Shown piece after piece: positions 17,120-24,836 of a stretch of DNA of 64,000 nucleotides. A model generated the notes under the pieces. It ran no database searches. It saw only the letters and a program-made list of their open reading frames with translations, and was not told the origin of the DNA. Numbering within the stretch: position 1 is the stretch's first letter; every line of letters begins with the position of its first letter. The stretch is from an uncultured virus (IMG/VR IMGVR_UViG_3300036770_001202). Its lineage: Duplodnaviria; Heunggongvirae; Uroviricota; Caudoviricetes. A program made the translations under genes and the position numbers. Where the stretch lies: the IMG/VR virus record IMGVR_UViG_3300036770_001202, one strand, 5' to 3'.

Positions 17120-17193
17120 GCCCTCATAGTTAAATGGTATAACAGTTGCCTTGTAAGCATCAATCCGCAGTTCGATTCTGTGTGGGGGCACCA
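17120..17193 (+). tRNA. tRNA-Thr(TGT)
   Basis: Loop CTTGTAA. Confidence 0.9.
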
Positions 17194-17201
17194 TTTAATT
17201 C

Positions 17202-17276
17202 GCATCGTTAACTCAGCGGTAGAGTAGCGCCCTTACAAGGCGAATGTCGGGAGTTCAATCCTCTCACGATGCACCA
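17202..17276 (+). tRNA. tRNA-Val(TAC)
   Basis: Loop CTTACAA. Confidence 0.9.
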
Positions 17277-17283
17277 AAACATT

Positions 17284-17361
17284 CCGGGTGTAGCGCAGTC
17301 TGGTTAGCGCATCTGCTTTGGGAGCAGAGGGTCGGGAGTTCGAATCTCTCCACCCGGACCA
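17284..17361 (+). tRNA. tRNA-Pro(TGG)
   Basis: Loop TTTGGGA. Confidence 0.95.
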
Positions 17362-17380
17362 ATATCGTAGGGAGTTTGTG

Positions 17381-18043
17381 ATGTTGAATCCTGTAGAGTT
17401 TCATAAATTGTTTTTTACTCCCGTGTGGAGATTTGAATATCCAGATTTCAAGCAAGATGAAGAATATCTTGTTCGATACTTTGCACAGGAGCATCTTTAT
17501 CTCTCTGAAAGAGAAAAGAATGGTTTGCAAATTACTAGAGCAAATCTACATAAAGATAAGAACGTATCAAAATTGACTGAGTTTTTTCATTCATGCACAG
17601 AGAGTGTAATGCAACTGATGGGATATCAAAAGGATTGTTGTATCACTAGCATGTGGGCAACAAGACAACGTAAAGGTGGATTTCATCACAAACATTCTCA
17701 TCATAATAGTTTTTTAGGTGGATCATTTCATCTTTTCGATGCTGATGGTGGAGCAAGTGGTACAGTATTTCATAACAGCGATATCGAAAAATATGTTATT
17801 CAACCACCGCATGATTTTGATTCAGAACCTTTATTGAAAACACAAGAAGAATTTAAATTCAAGCCTGGAACATTAGTGATGTTTCCTGCTTGGGCTACTC
17901 ATTCAACTTCACCAACACATTGCTCTTATCGTATTGTTGTTGCTATGAATGCTATGCCAATTGGAATGTCAAATCATGATTACTATGATAGATATAACTA
18001 TCAAGACATGAGTGATATGGAATTATTGGAGTATCCACGATGA
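17381..18043 (+). CDS. 2OG-Fe(II) oxygenase (TIGR02466-like)
   Basis: MWA...H.H.H.NS...G.LVMFP.W..H...RIV...N; start moved downstream of tRNA-Pro. Confidence 0.85.
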   Translation: MLNPVEFHKLFFTPVWRFEYPDFKQDEEYLVRYFAQEHLYLSEREKNGLQITRANLHKDKNVSKLTEFFHSCTESVMQLMGYQKDCCITSMWATRQRKGGFHHKHSHHNSFLGGSFHLFDADGGASGTVFHNSDIEKYVIQPPHDFDSEPLLKTQEEFKFKPGTLVMFPAWATHSTSPTHCSYRIVVAMNAMPIGMSNHDYYDRYNYQDMSDMELLEYPR

Positions 18044-18603
18044 GTAATTTTATTGTCATCAACGACAATGTTGAAGTGAAAAATATACTTCAACAAGTAT
18101 TGGACAATCCTAATGATTGGAATGCAATTAAAGAGTATCCAAACATTGCAGGAGAAACAAATCCATATGGCTTCATGCCTCTTGTCATGGCAGTAGTTCC
18201 AAGTCCTGAAATGAGTCCTAAGAATTCTGAGTTGCAAAGAAATACACCTTTGCATGATAAGTATACAGAGATACATAAATTTTTGAGAAGTTATAACATC
18301 GAACAAACTTCAAGGGCTGCGTTTTTCAGACTTTACGTTGGTGATAGTGTTGGTGAACATATTGATGATGGTTCATATTATTTGACTAGAGACAGATACC
18401 ATCTATGTTTACAGGGAGAATACTTGTATAACGTAGGTGGAGAAACAAAACAAATTAAACCAGGAATGTTTTTCTGGTTCGACAACAAAAAACCTCATTG
18501 GGCATTTAGCAATGGTAAAGAAGATAGAATAACATTTGTTTTCGATCTTCCCCATTCTCCCAATAATCCTCAACATAGTGTAGGAGTTCTGAATGGGCAA
18601 TAA
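18040..18603 (+). CDS. Asp/Asn beta-hydroxylase-like 2OG oxygenase
   Basis: HIDDG.YY...RYHL...WFDNKKPH...DRITFVFD. Confidence 0.85.
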   Translation: MSNFIVINDNVEVKNILQQVLDNPNDWNAIKEYPNIAGETNPYGFMPLVMAVVPSPEMSPKNSELQRNTPLHDKYTEIHKFLRSYNIEQTSRAAFFRLYVGDSVGEHIDDGSYYLTRDRYHLCLQGEYLYNVGGETKQIKPGMFFWFDNKKPHWAFSNGKEDRITFVFDLPHSPNNPQHSVGVLNGQ

Positions 18604-18781
18604 ATGGCATGGTGGTAAAGGAAGTTCTCCTAGACCTTTTAGCGTTACTCAAGATGAGTATGAAAGACGATGGGATGCAATCTTTGGTCGTGATTTAGAC
18701 AAAGAAAAAACAAACGAAGATGGAGAAGTTCTTCAAGGCAATATGTTACCTGAAGATAAAGAAAAGATTAATAACGATTAA
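18593..18781 (+). CDS. Hypothetical protein
   Basis: GGKGS.PRP...WD.IFG motif. Confidence 0.75.
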   Translation: MGNKWHGGKGSSPRPFSVTQDEYERRWDAIFGRDLDKEKTNEDGEVLQGNMLPEDKEKINND

Positions 18782-18788
18782 CTAATAT

Positions 18789-18864
18789 GCGGGTGAAGTG
18801 TTTGTGGTTACACGGCGGTCTTCCAAACCTCAATAGATGGGTTCGACTCCCACCATCCGCTCCA
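18789..18864 (+). tRNA. tRNA-Gly(TCC)
   Basis: Loop CTTCCAA, U73. Confidence 0.9.
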
Positions 18865-18870
18865 ATTTAT

Positions 18871-18946
18871 GCGCCCGTAGTCTAAAGGATAAGGCAACAC
18901 TCTTCTAAAGTGTCTCATGGGGGTTCGAGTCCCTCCGGGCGCGCCA
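18871..18946 (+). tRNA. tRNA-Arg(TCT)
   Basis: Loop CTTCTAA. Confidence 0.9.
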
Positions 18947-18951
18947 AATAT

Positions 18952-19025
18952 ATCTCGCTAGTGTAATGGCAGCATACCAGTCTCCAAAACTGTTGGTGGG
19001 GGTTCGAGTCCCTCGCGGGATGCCA
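18952..19025 (+). tRNA. tRNA-Trp(CCA)
   Basis: Loop CTCCAAA. Confidence 0.9.
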
Positions 19026-19045
19026 ATTAATTTTTAAAGCAATAA

Positions 19046-19135
19046 GGAAGCGTGGCAGAGCCCGGTTTATTGCACCTGTCTTGAAAACAGACGAACAGAA
19101 ATGTTCCGTGAGTTCGAATCTCACCGCTTCCGCCA
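19046..19135 (+). tRNA. tRNA-Ser(TGA)
   Basis: Loop CTTGAAA, long variable arm. Confidence 0.95.
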
Positions 19136-19137
19136 AC

Positions 19138-19166
19138 TTGACAAGAGCAGAAAATTCTGCTACAAT
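19138..19166 (+). promoter_or_regulatory. Sigma70 promoter for CAGCAA RNAs 3-5 and the DUF2828 gene
   Basis: TTGACA-17-TACAAT with TG extension. Confidence 0.8.
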
Positions 19167-19188
19167 ACACAGTATTGATGATGAAAAA

Positions 19189-19412
19189 GGGATGACTACA
19201 GCAAACTCTAAAAATCACATGACTATAGAGTGCCGTGATACAGGAGGACCCTCGTAAGAGGTAATTTTTAAACGGCTAGAGAGTAAACTTGAATTAAATC
19301 TGATGTAGATAATTCTACGAAATAATGGTAATCCATTTGATTACGGTGGGGATACGCCGAAAGGGGCACCGAGGTTTAAGAACCAGTTTAACACCAACCC
19401 GATCATCCCGTT
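19189..19412 (+). ncRNA. CAGCAA-stem RNA 3 (large, multi-hairpin)
   Basis: GGGATGA/TCATCCC stem, CTACAGCAA, terminal GTT. Confidence 0.7.
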
Positions 19413-19426
19413 ATTTTTTTGATGAA

Positions 19427-19546
19427 AGAATAGGTTCAGCAACAATTTACTTAACGGCTTCATTGCCGTATCAAGACGGTCTGGTTCGCCGGACGATATG
19501 AGTTTCGAGTTCTCATATAAAACAAAAAGAAGAAAACTATTCTGTT
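19427..19546 (+). ncRNA. CAGCAA-stem RNA 4
   Basis: AGAATAG/CTATTCT stem, GTTCAGCAA, three hairpins including UUCG and T-loop-like TTCGAGT. Confidence 0.75.
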
Positions 19547-19553
19547 GTTTTTT

Positions 19554-19617
19554 AGGTTAAGTTCAGCAACATCTAAAGCATACAACTTGTAATTGTAAAC
19601 GCAAAAATTAACCTGTT
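19554..19617 (+). ncRNA. CAGCAA-stem RNA 5 (anticodon-like hairpin, TGT)
   Basis: AGGTTAA/TTAACCT stem, GTTCAGCAA, TACAA-CTTGTAA-TTGTA. Confidence 0.75.
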
Positions 19618-19631
19618 GAAAAGGAAATACT

Positions 19632-21053
19632 ATGAACACTTTTGTAAATGCAGTAGTAAATCAAGAGGCTCGTACCGCAAATGGTATGAAGGCTCGTAAG
19701 TCAACTGCCAACGCTGTAGTTGACCTGTTCTATAACGCTGGTGCGTCCCGCGGTAAGAACATCGTTCCAGCATTCTCTGCTGCAATGGCAGAGAACCGCG
19801 ACCTTGCTTTGCGCGTAGCGGCATGGCTTCGTGATGCCCGTGGTGGTGCTGGTGAACGCCAATTGTTTCGTGACATTCTAGTATATCTAGAAAAGAACGA
19901 TAAAGAAGCAGCAAAGGCTTTGCTTCGTAAAGTTCCTGAATTGGGACGTTGGGACGATATCTTTGTCTTCAATGACAAGGAACTAAAGTCTGAAGCATTT
20001 ACCATGCTTGGTGATGCTCTGCGCCAGCGTAATGGCTTGGCTGCAAAGTGGACTCCTCGTCAAGGTAAACTTGCTGTTGAGATTCGCGAATTCTTCGGAA
20101 TGTCGCCTAAGTTCTATCGTAAGTCCCTAGTCGAATTGACTAAGGTTGTAGAACAAGACATGTGCGCTAAAGAATGGGATTCCATCAACTTCAGCCATGT
20201 GCCTTCTGTAGCATCGGCTCGTTACAAGAAAGCATTCAACCGTAATACTCAAAAGTATGCCGAGTATGTTGCTTCGCTTGTAAAGGGTGAAGACAAGACT
20301 GTAAAAGTAAATGCATCTGTTGCATATCCATACGATGTGCTAAAAGGTCGCATCAACTCTTATGGCGTTTCTTTTGACAAGACAGAAATGGACTTGATTC
20401 AAAAGCAATGGGAAGCATTGCCTAACTATGTTGGTGATGCAAACATCCTTCCTCTTGTTGACGTATCTGGCTCTATGACTTGTCCAGCAGGAAAGAACAC
20501 AAAACTTTCTTGCCTTGAAGTTGCAGTCTCTCTGGGACTGTATCTTGCAGACAAGAACACTGGAAAGTTCAAGGACACGTTCCTAACTTTCTCGCACAAG
20601 CCAGAGTTGGTACACATGAAGGGTAACATCAACCAGAAGATTGACCAAATGGTTAAATCTAAGTGGGAGATGAACACTAACCTTCACGCAGCATTCAACA
20701 AGATTCTTGATGTTGCGGTTAAGGGTAACGTACCACAAGAAGAAATGCCAGCAATGGTATTGATTCTGTCCGATATGCAGTTTGACCAATGCGTAAAGCA
20801 TGACAATTCTGCAATCGAAATGATTGAACGCAAGTATGTTGCAGCCGGTTACAAAGTACCACAAGTGGTGTTCTGGAACCTGAACGCATCTTACGGCAAC
20901 GCGCCAGTCAAGTTCGATAAGAGTGGTACTGCGCTAGTGTCTGGCTTCTCGCCAGCGATTGTGAAGCCTATCCTATCGGGAGATATCGATAACTTCACTC
21001 CTGTAGCAGTCATGATGAAAACCATCATGGATGAACGCTACAAAGTTCTTTAA
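19632..21053 (+). CDS. DUF2828 family protein (TROVE/Ro60-like helical domain + vWA domain)
   Basis: LRDARGGAGER, GRWDD, AAKWTPR, VPS.A, vWA MIDAS DVSGSM, ILSDMQFD, VFWNL. Confidence 0.85.
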   Translation: MNTFVNAVVNQEARTANGMKARKSTANAVVDLFYNAGASRGKNIVPAFSAAMAENRDLALRVAAWLRDARGGAGERQLFRDILVYLEKNDKEAAKALLRKVPELGRWDDIFVFNDKELKSEAFTMLGDALRQRNGLAAKWTPRQGKLAVEIREFFGMSPKFYRKSLVELTKVVEQDMCAKEWDSINFSHVPSVASARYKKAFNRNTQKYAEYVASLVKGEDKTVKVNASVAYPYDVLKGRINSYGVSFDKTEMDLIQKQWEALPNYVGDANILPLVDVSGSMTCPAGKNTKLSCLEVAVSLGLYLADKNTGKFKDTFLTFSHKPELVHMKGNINQKIDQMVKSKWEMNTNLHAAFNKILDVAVKGNVPQEEMPAMVLILSDMQFDQCVKHDNSAIEMIERKYVAAGYKVPQVVFWNLNASYGNAPVKFDKSGTALVSGFSPAIVKPILSGDIDNFTPVAVMMKTIMDERYKVL

Positions 21054-21062
21054 ATAGAACGG

Positions 21063-21088
21063 TGAGGATTCGAAAGAGTCCTCATTTT
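21063..21088 (+). terminator. Terminator-like hairpin
   Basis: TGAGGATTC-GAAA-GAGTCCTCA + TTTT. Confidence 0.6.
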
Positions 21089-21150
21089 GAAGCATACTGT
21101 GTGTCGGCTTGCTGATAAACTTTAAGTAGAGATAGTGTGTTTCAAAATGA
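21082..21150 (+). ncRNA. Long-stem element C before tRNA-Gly
   Basis: TCATTTTGAAGCATACTGT pairs with ATAGTGTGTTTCAAAATGA. Confidence 0.6.
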
Positions 21151-21151
21151 T

Positions 21152-21227
21152 GCGGGTGTAATTCAGTTGGTAGAATGTTTCCTTGCCAAGGAAAATGTCA
21201 TCGGTTCGAGTCCGATTACCCGCTCCA
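21152..21227 (+). tRNA. tRNA-Gly(GCC)
   Basis: Loop TTGCCAA. Confidence 0.95.
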
Positions 21228-21229
21228 AC

Positions 21230-21321
21230 GGAGATATGGATGAGTGGCTTAAATCAGCGGTTTGCTAAACCGTCCTACCTCTAAACGGGTAGCGCAGGTT
21301 CGAATCCTGCTATCTCCGCCA
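21230..21321 (+). tRNA. tRNA-Ser(GCT)
   Basis: Loop TTGCTAA, long variable arm. Confidence 0.95.
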
Positions 21322-21327
21322 AGTTAT

Positions 21328-21418
21328 GCCTCGGTAGTTTAATGGTAAAACAGCGGATTTATACCCCGTAGCGCCAGATAAGCGGCTGATGTGAGTTCGA
21401 TTCTCGCCCGAGGTACCA
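21328..21418 (+). tRNA. tRNA with TAT anticodon (Ile?) and long variable arm
   Basis: GCCTCGG/CCGAGGT acceptor, loop TTTATAC, about 21-nt variable region. Confidence 0.8.
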
Positions 21419-21420
21419 AT

Positions 21421-21497
21421 GCCCTTGTAGCCCAATAGGTAGAGGCAACTGTCTCAAAAGCAGTAGAGTGTCGGTTCGAATCTGACTAAGGGCACCA
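21421..21497 (+). tRNA. tRNA-Leu(CAA), short variable loop
   Basis: Loop CTCAAAA. Confidence 0.9.
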
Positions 21498-21503
21498 AGA
21501 TTC

Positions 21504-21578
21504 GCTGGTATGGCTCAGAGGTAGAGTTCCTCCATGGTAAGGAGGGGGTCGTTGGTTCGAATCCAACTGCCAGCACCA
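21504..21578 (+). tRNA. tRNA-Thr(GGT)
   Basis: Loop ATGGTAA. Confidence 0.9.
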
Positions 21579-21588
21579 ACGTAAATAT

Positions 21589-21672
21589 GCCGCCATGGTG
21601 GAATTGGTAGACACAGGAGACTTAAAATCTCCCGCCTTGTGCGTCCCGGTTCGAGTCCGGGTGGCGGTACCA
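21589..21672 (+). tRNA. tRNA-Leu(TAA)
   Basis: Loop CTTAAAA, variable arm. Confidence 0.95.
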
Positions 21673-21795
21673 CCATTTGTTTTGTCGATGACGCTCATTG
21701 AAAAATAACATAAGTAAAACAGTAGTAATTGATGTTGTCTATGACTAAGTATTATAAAGCATGTCGCTTTTTGATTTGAACATAAGGAGAAATAT

Positions 21796-22332
21796 ATGTT
21801 AACCGTTGGTGATAAGTTACCCTCATTTGTAGTGACAGGAGTAAATCCTGGTAGTGATCAATTTTTTAATATCAATGAAGACTCATTCATGGGTAAGTGG
21901 AAAATTATCGTCTACTACCCTAAAGATTTCACATTCGTGTGTCCTACTGAAATTGTAGCATACGATAAACTCTTCCAAGACTTTGCAGACCGCGATGCTG
22001 TTCTGTTGACTGGTTCTACAGATAACGAATTCTGTAAACTTGCATGGCAGAATGCACATGAAGACTTGAAGAAAATTAAGCACATTCAGTTCGCAGATAC
22101 TAGTAGAGATTATGATGTTTCTTTAATTGAACAATTAGGAGTGTTCTATGCACCTGCCGGGGCTGCTCTTCGCGCTACTTTTATTGTTGATCCTGACAAT
22201 ATCATTCAGCATGTTACTGTAAACAACCTGAACGTTGGTCGTTCACCTGAAGAAACTTTGCGTATTCTTGACGCACTTCAGACTGGTGAATTGTGTGCGT
22301 GTAATCGCACAATCGGCGGCGAAACCCTTTAA
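21796..22332 (+). CDS. ahpC: Peroxiredoxin (alkyl hydroperoxide reductase C)
   Basis: YPKDFTFVCPTE, GRS..E.LR.LDALQ. Confidence 0.95.
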   Translation: MLTVGDKLPSFVVTGVNPGSDQFFNINEDSFMGKWKIIVYYPKDFTFVCPTEIVAYDKLFQDFADRDAVLLTGSTDNEFCKLAWQNAHEDLKKIKHIQFADTSRDYDVSLIEQLGVFYAPAGAALRATFIVDPDNIIQHVTVNNLNVGRSPEETLRILDALQTGELCACNRTIGGETL

Positions 22333-22727
22333 TGTTAGAATGTCTAATTTTAGGTGATAGCATTGCAGTCGGCACACACCAGCAAAGGCAGGAGTGTGTC
22401 GCATATGCTAAAGGTGGTTGGAATACTTGGCAATGGAATCGCGACTACTTGAAAAAAGATTTGACTGCTAAAACAGTCATTATCAGTTTGGGTTCGAATG
22501 ATCACGCTGGAGTTAAAACGATTTCTGAATTACGAAAGATGCGTAACAAAGTGGATGCAGATAGAGTATTCTGGATCATGCCTGCAATCAAAACAAACAT
22601 TCAAGCGGATGTTTTTCAAGTTGCAAAGGAAAATAACGATATCATTCTTCCAATCACTCGTCTTTCAAAAGATGGCATTCACCCAAGTTGGGCAGGCTAC
22701 AAAGAACTAGCGGAGAAAACTAAATGA
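22332..22727 (+). CDS. SGNH/GDSL hydrolase-like protein
   Basis: GDSIA, LGSND, DGIHP. Confidence 0.85.
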   Translation: MLECLILGDSIAVGTHQQRQECVAYAKGGWNTWQWNRDYLKKDLTAKTVIISLGSNDHAGVKTISELRKMRNKVDADRVFWIMPAIKTNIQADVFQVAKENNDIILPITRLSKDGIHPSWAGYKELAEKTK

Positions 22728-23239
22728 GTTGGGTAGATCAAATTAAAGAAGCGTTACCTGAATACGCTAAAGATGCAAAACTAAACTTAGATGCTGTTAT
22801 GTCTCGTAGCACATTACCTGGTGATGTTGCTATGGGTTGTGCATTAGCCGCAGCAATGTCTACTGGTAATGGTAAGTTGGTTTCATTCATTCAAGCAGGA
22901 ATGTTTGAAAGTGGTGCAGAGTTTAATTCTGCATTGACTGCTGGTGCTATCATGGCACAAAACAATGTGTGGTATCCATATGTTGAAATGGCAGAAGACC
23001 CTAATCTAAAGGGACTGCCTGCTCAATTGCGTATGAATGCTATTGCAAGCCACGGCGGAACCACTAAGGATAGATTTGAAGCATATTCATTGGCTGCATC
23101 TATTGTTGGCAAGTGTCATTTCTGCGTGAAGGCACATTACGATACATTGAAGAAAGAAGGCTATACAGTTGAACAGTTGCGTGATATCGGCAGAATTGCT
23201 GCTATCATCAATTCTGTAGCAAAGATTCTAAACTCTTAA
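22724..23239 (+). CDS. ahpD: Alkyl hydroperoxide reductase D
   Basis: LPEYAKD.KLNL, MAQNNVWY, CHFCVKAH. Confidence 0.9.
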   Translation: MSWVDQIKEALPEYAKDAKLNLDAVMSRSTLPGDVAMGCALAAAMSTGNGKLVSFIQAGMFESGAEFNSALTAGAIMAQNNVWYPYVEMAEDPNLKGLPAQLRMNAIASHGGTTKDRFEAYSLAASIVGKCHFCVKAHYDTLKKEGYTVEQLRDIGRIAAIINSVAKILNS

Positions 23240-23315
23240 GGGCTTGTGGCTTAGTGGTTAAAGCAGCCGACTCATAATCGGTTGATCGTGGGTTCGAGTC
23301 CCACCGAGCCCACCA
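23240..23315 (+). tRNA. tRNA(CAT), probably Ile2 (lysidine type)
   Basis: GCCGA-CTCATAA-TCGGT arm and D loop resembling Ile2. Confidence 0.85.
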
Positions 23316-23378
23316 TAAATATCTTGACAGGCAAATTTTTTTGTGAGATAATACTAACTATAACCTGGAAAGATAACC

Positions 23379-23852
23379 ATGAAAATCAATCTCGAACAAG
23401 TGAAAGAATTTATCGCTAATCAATCGCCAGAAACAAAAATCTATATCGGATGCGACTCTGAAAGATTTCGTATTGGTAATGATTGGTATGCGGATTACAT
23501 TCTAGCCATTGTTGTTCATGTCGATGGTAAACACGGATGCAAACTCTTTGGTGAAGTTCAAAGAGAACGCGACTATGATCAAAAGGTTAATCGTCCACGT
23601 TATCGTCTAATGAACGAAGCATACAAACTTTCAGAATTGTATCTGAAGTTACATGAAGTATTGGAAGACAAAGAAGTTGAAGTGCATTTGGACATTAATC
23701 CAAACGAAATGCATGGAAGTAACTGTGTTATTAACGAAGCAATTGGATACATTCGCGGCACTTGCAATGTTATCCCAATGGTTAAACCTAAGGCATTCGC
23801 TGCATCTTATGCTGCGGACAGACTGAAAGGTTTGGGACTCAAAGTTGCTTGA
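23379..23852 (+). CDS. RNase H-like YkuK family protein
   Basis: IYIGCDS...RLM.E...VHLDIN...KP.AFAAS.AAD. Confidence 0.85.
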   Translation: MKINLEQVKEFIANQSPETKIYIGCDSERFRIGNDWYADYILAIVVHVDGKHGCKLFGEVQRERDYDQKVNRPRYRLMNEAYKLSELYLKLHEVLEDKEVEVHLDINPNEMHGSNCVINEAIGYIRGTCNVIPMVKPKAFAASYAADRLKGLGLKVA

Positions 23853-23963
23853 GTTAATCCAATATCGTGATGCGGACATGGAGCATTACACTTATTTCTA
23901 TATTCATTCAGAAAAAGGTGTAATGCTCAGTCCATTTTTTGATAATGAAGAGGATGCTAAATT

Positions 23964-24701
23964 ATGGTTAGAACGCGAATCGCAAAAACTTCAATTGCGG
24001 CAGCAATCTTAGTATGTGCAAATATTGCACATTCGTCAGTCATTGGCGAAGGTGAGTATCGCTTTGGTCCTGAAACTGCACAGAATGTAGCATGTTCAAT
24101 TGCAGAAGAAAGAGCAAAGCAAAACGCAATTGAAAACTTTGTTGGTGAATTCATTGAATCAACTACCAATCAAGTGTGTAGAGATGAAACATGTTCTACA
24201 CTCAGAGCATTTCATTCTGAAACAAGCGGTCAAATCAAAAAGATAAACAAATTAGAAACGTTAGTCTATCCAGAACAAAAGCATTCGGTGTGCATGGTAC
24301 ACCTTGATGCTGATGTAGAAAAGATTACGAATTCTATTCAACTATCTATTCAGTCTAAACAAGAATTCAAACACGGTGAACGTTTTCGTGTAGCAGGTGT
24401 TTCGAATCGCGCAGGAAGCATAGCGGCATACAACTTTATCGATGATACATATAAACTTGTGTGGCAAGGCAAAGTATTCAAGCCGAACATCGAATTTAGT
24501 TTACCCCCAAACAATTATAAACTTGAGGCAAAGTTGCCAATCGGCAAGAGTCAATCTAACGAACTGATTGTATTCGTATTTACCGAAGAGAACTTGACAT
24601 TCCGACCATCCTATAGTAAAATAGAATTTAATCAGATGGTAAAGGATTTACCTTTTCTGGGAAGGAAAGTTGTGAGTCAACAAATTCAAATCATGAGGTG
24701 A
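23964..24701 (+). CDS. Secreted hypothetical protein
   Basis: Signal peptide, Cys pairs. Confidence 0.75.
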   Translation: MVRTRIAKTSIAAAILVCANIAHSSVIGEGEYRFGPETAQNVACSIAEERAKQNAIENFVGEFIESTTNQVCRDETCSTLRAFHSETSGQIKKINKLETLVYPEQKHSVCMVHLDADVEKITNSIQLSIQSKQEFKHGERFRVAGVSNRAGSIAAYNFIDDTYKLVWQGKVFKPNIEFSLPPNNYKLEAKLPIGKSQSNELIVFVFTEENLTFRPSYSKIEFNQMVKDLPFLGRKVVSQQIQIMR

Positions 24702-24705
24702 TGTG

Positions 24706-24834
24706 ATGAAATACTTTGTTATGATTTTAATTGCAATGAGTGTAGTTGGTTGTGGTACTGTGGGTGGCGCGATGAAAGGTGCTGGCGATGATCTGAATCG
24801 TGCTGGTGAATATGTTAAGAATGTAGGAAGGTGA
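24706..24834 (+). CDS. Entericidin-like small lipoprotein (42 aa)
   Basis: MKYFVMILIAMSVVGCGTVGGAMKGAGDDL; lipobox VVGC. Confidence 0.7.
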   Translation: MKYFVMILIAMSVVGCGTVGGAMKGAGDDLNRAGEYVKNVGR

Positions 24835-24836
24835 AT

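Noticed and set aside
19300..19322. Hammerhead-like CTGAT-[GTAGA TAAT TCTAC]-GAAA inside CAGCAA RNA 3
   Set aside because: The core needs CUGANGA before stem II; the GA is missing, and I could not find convincing stems I and III
19189..19617. Tandem motif units as a CRISPR array
   Set aside because: Units are not identical repeats, lengths range from 64 to 224 nt, conservation is structural, and there are no cas genes
16624..21672. Suppressor tRNAs or alternative genetic code (anticodons TAG, TAA, TGA)
   Set aside because: These anticodons read CTA, TTA and TCA; no CTA/TTA/TCA anticodon was found, and core genes are intact in code 11
15431..21698. ORF-track entries overlapping tRNA genes, including the 17318 extension
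   Set aside because: Fully explained by tRNA/ncRNA sequence, with no RBS or protein motifs
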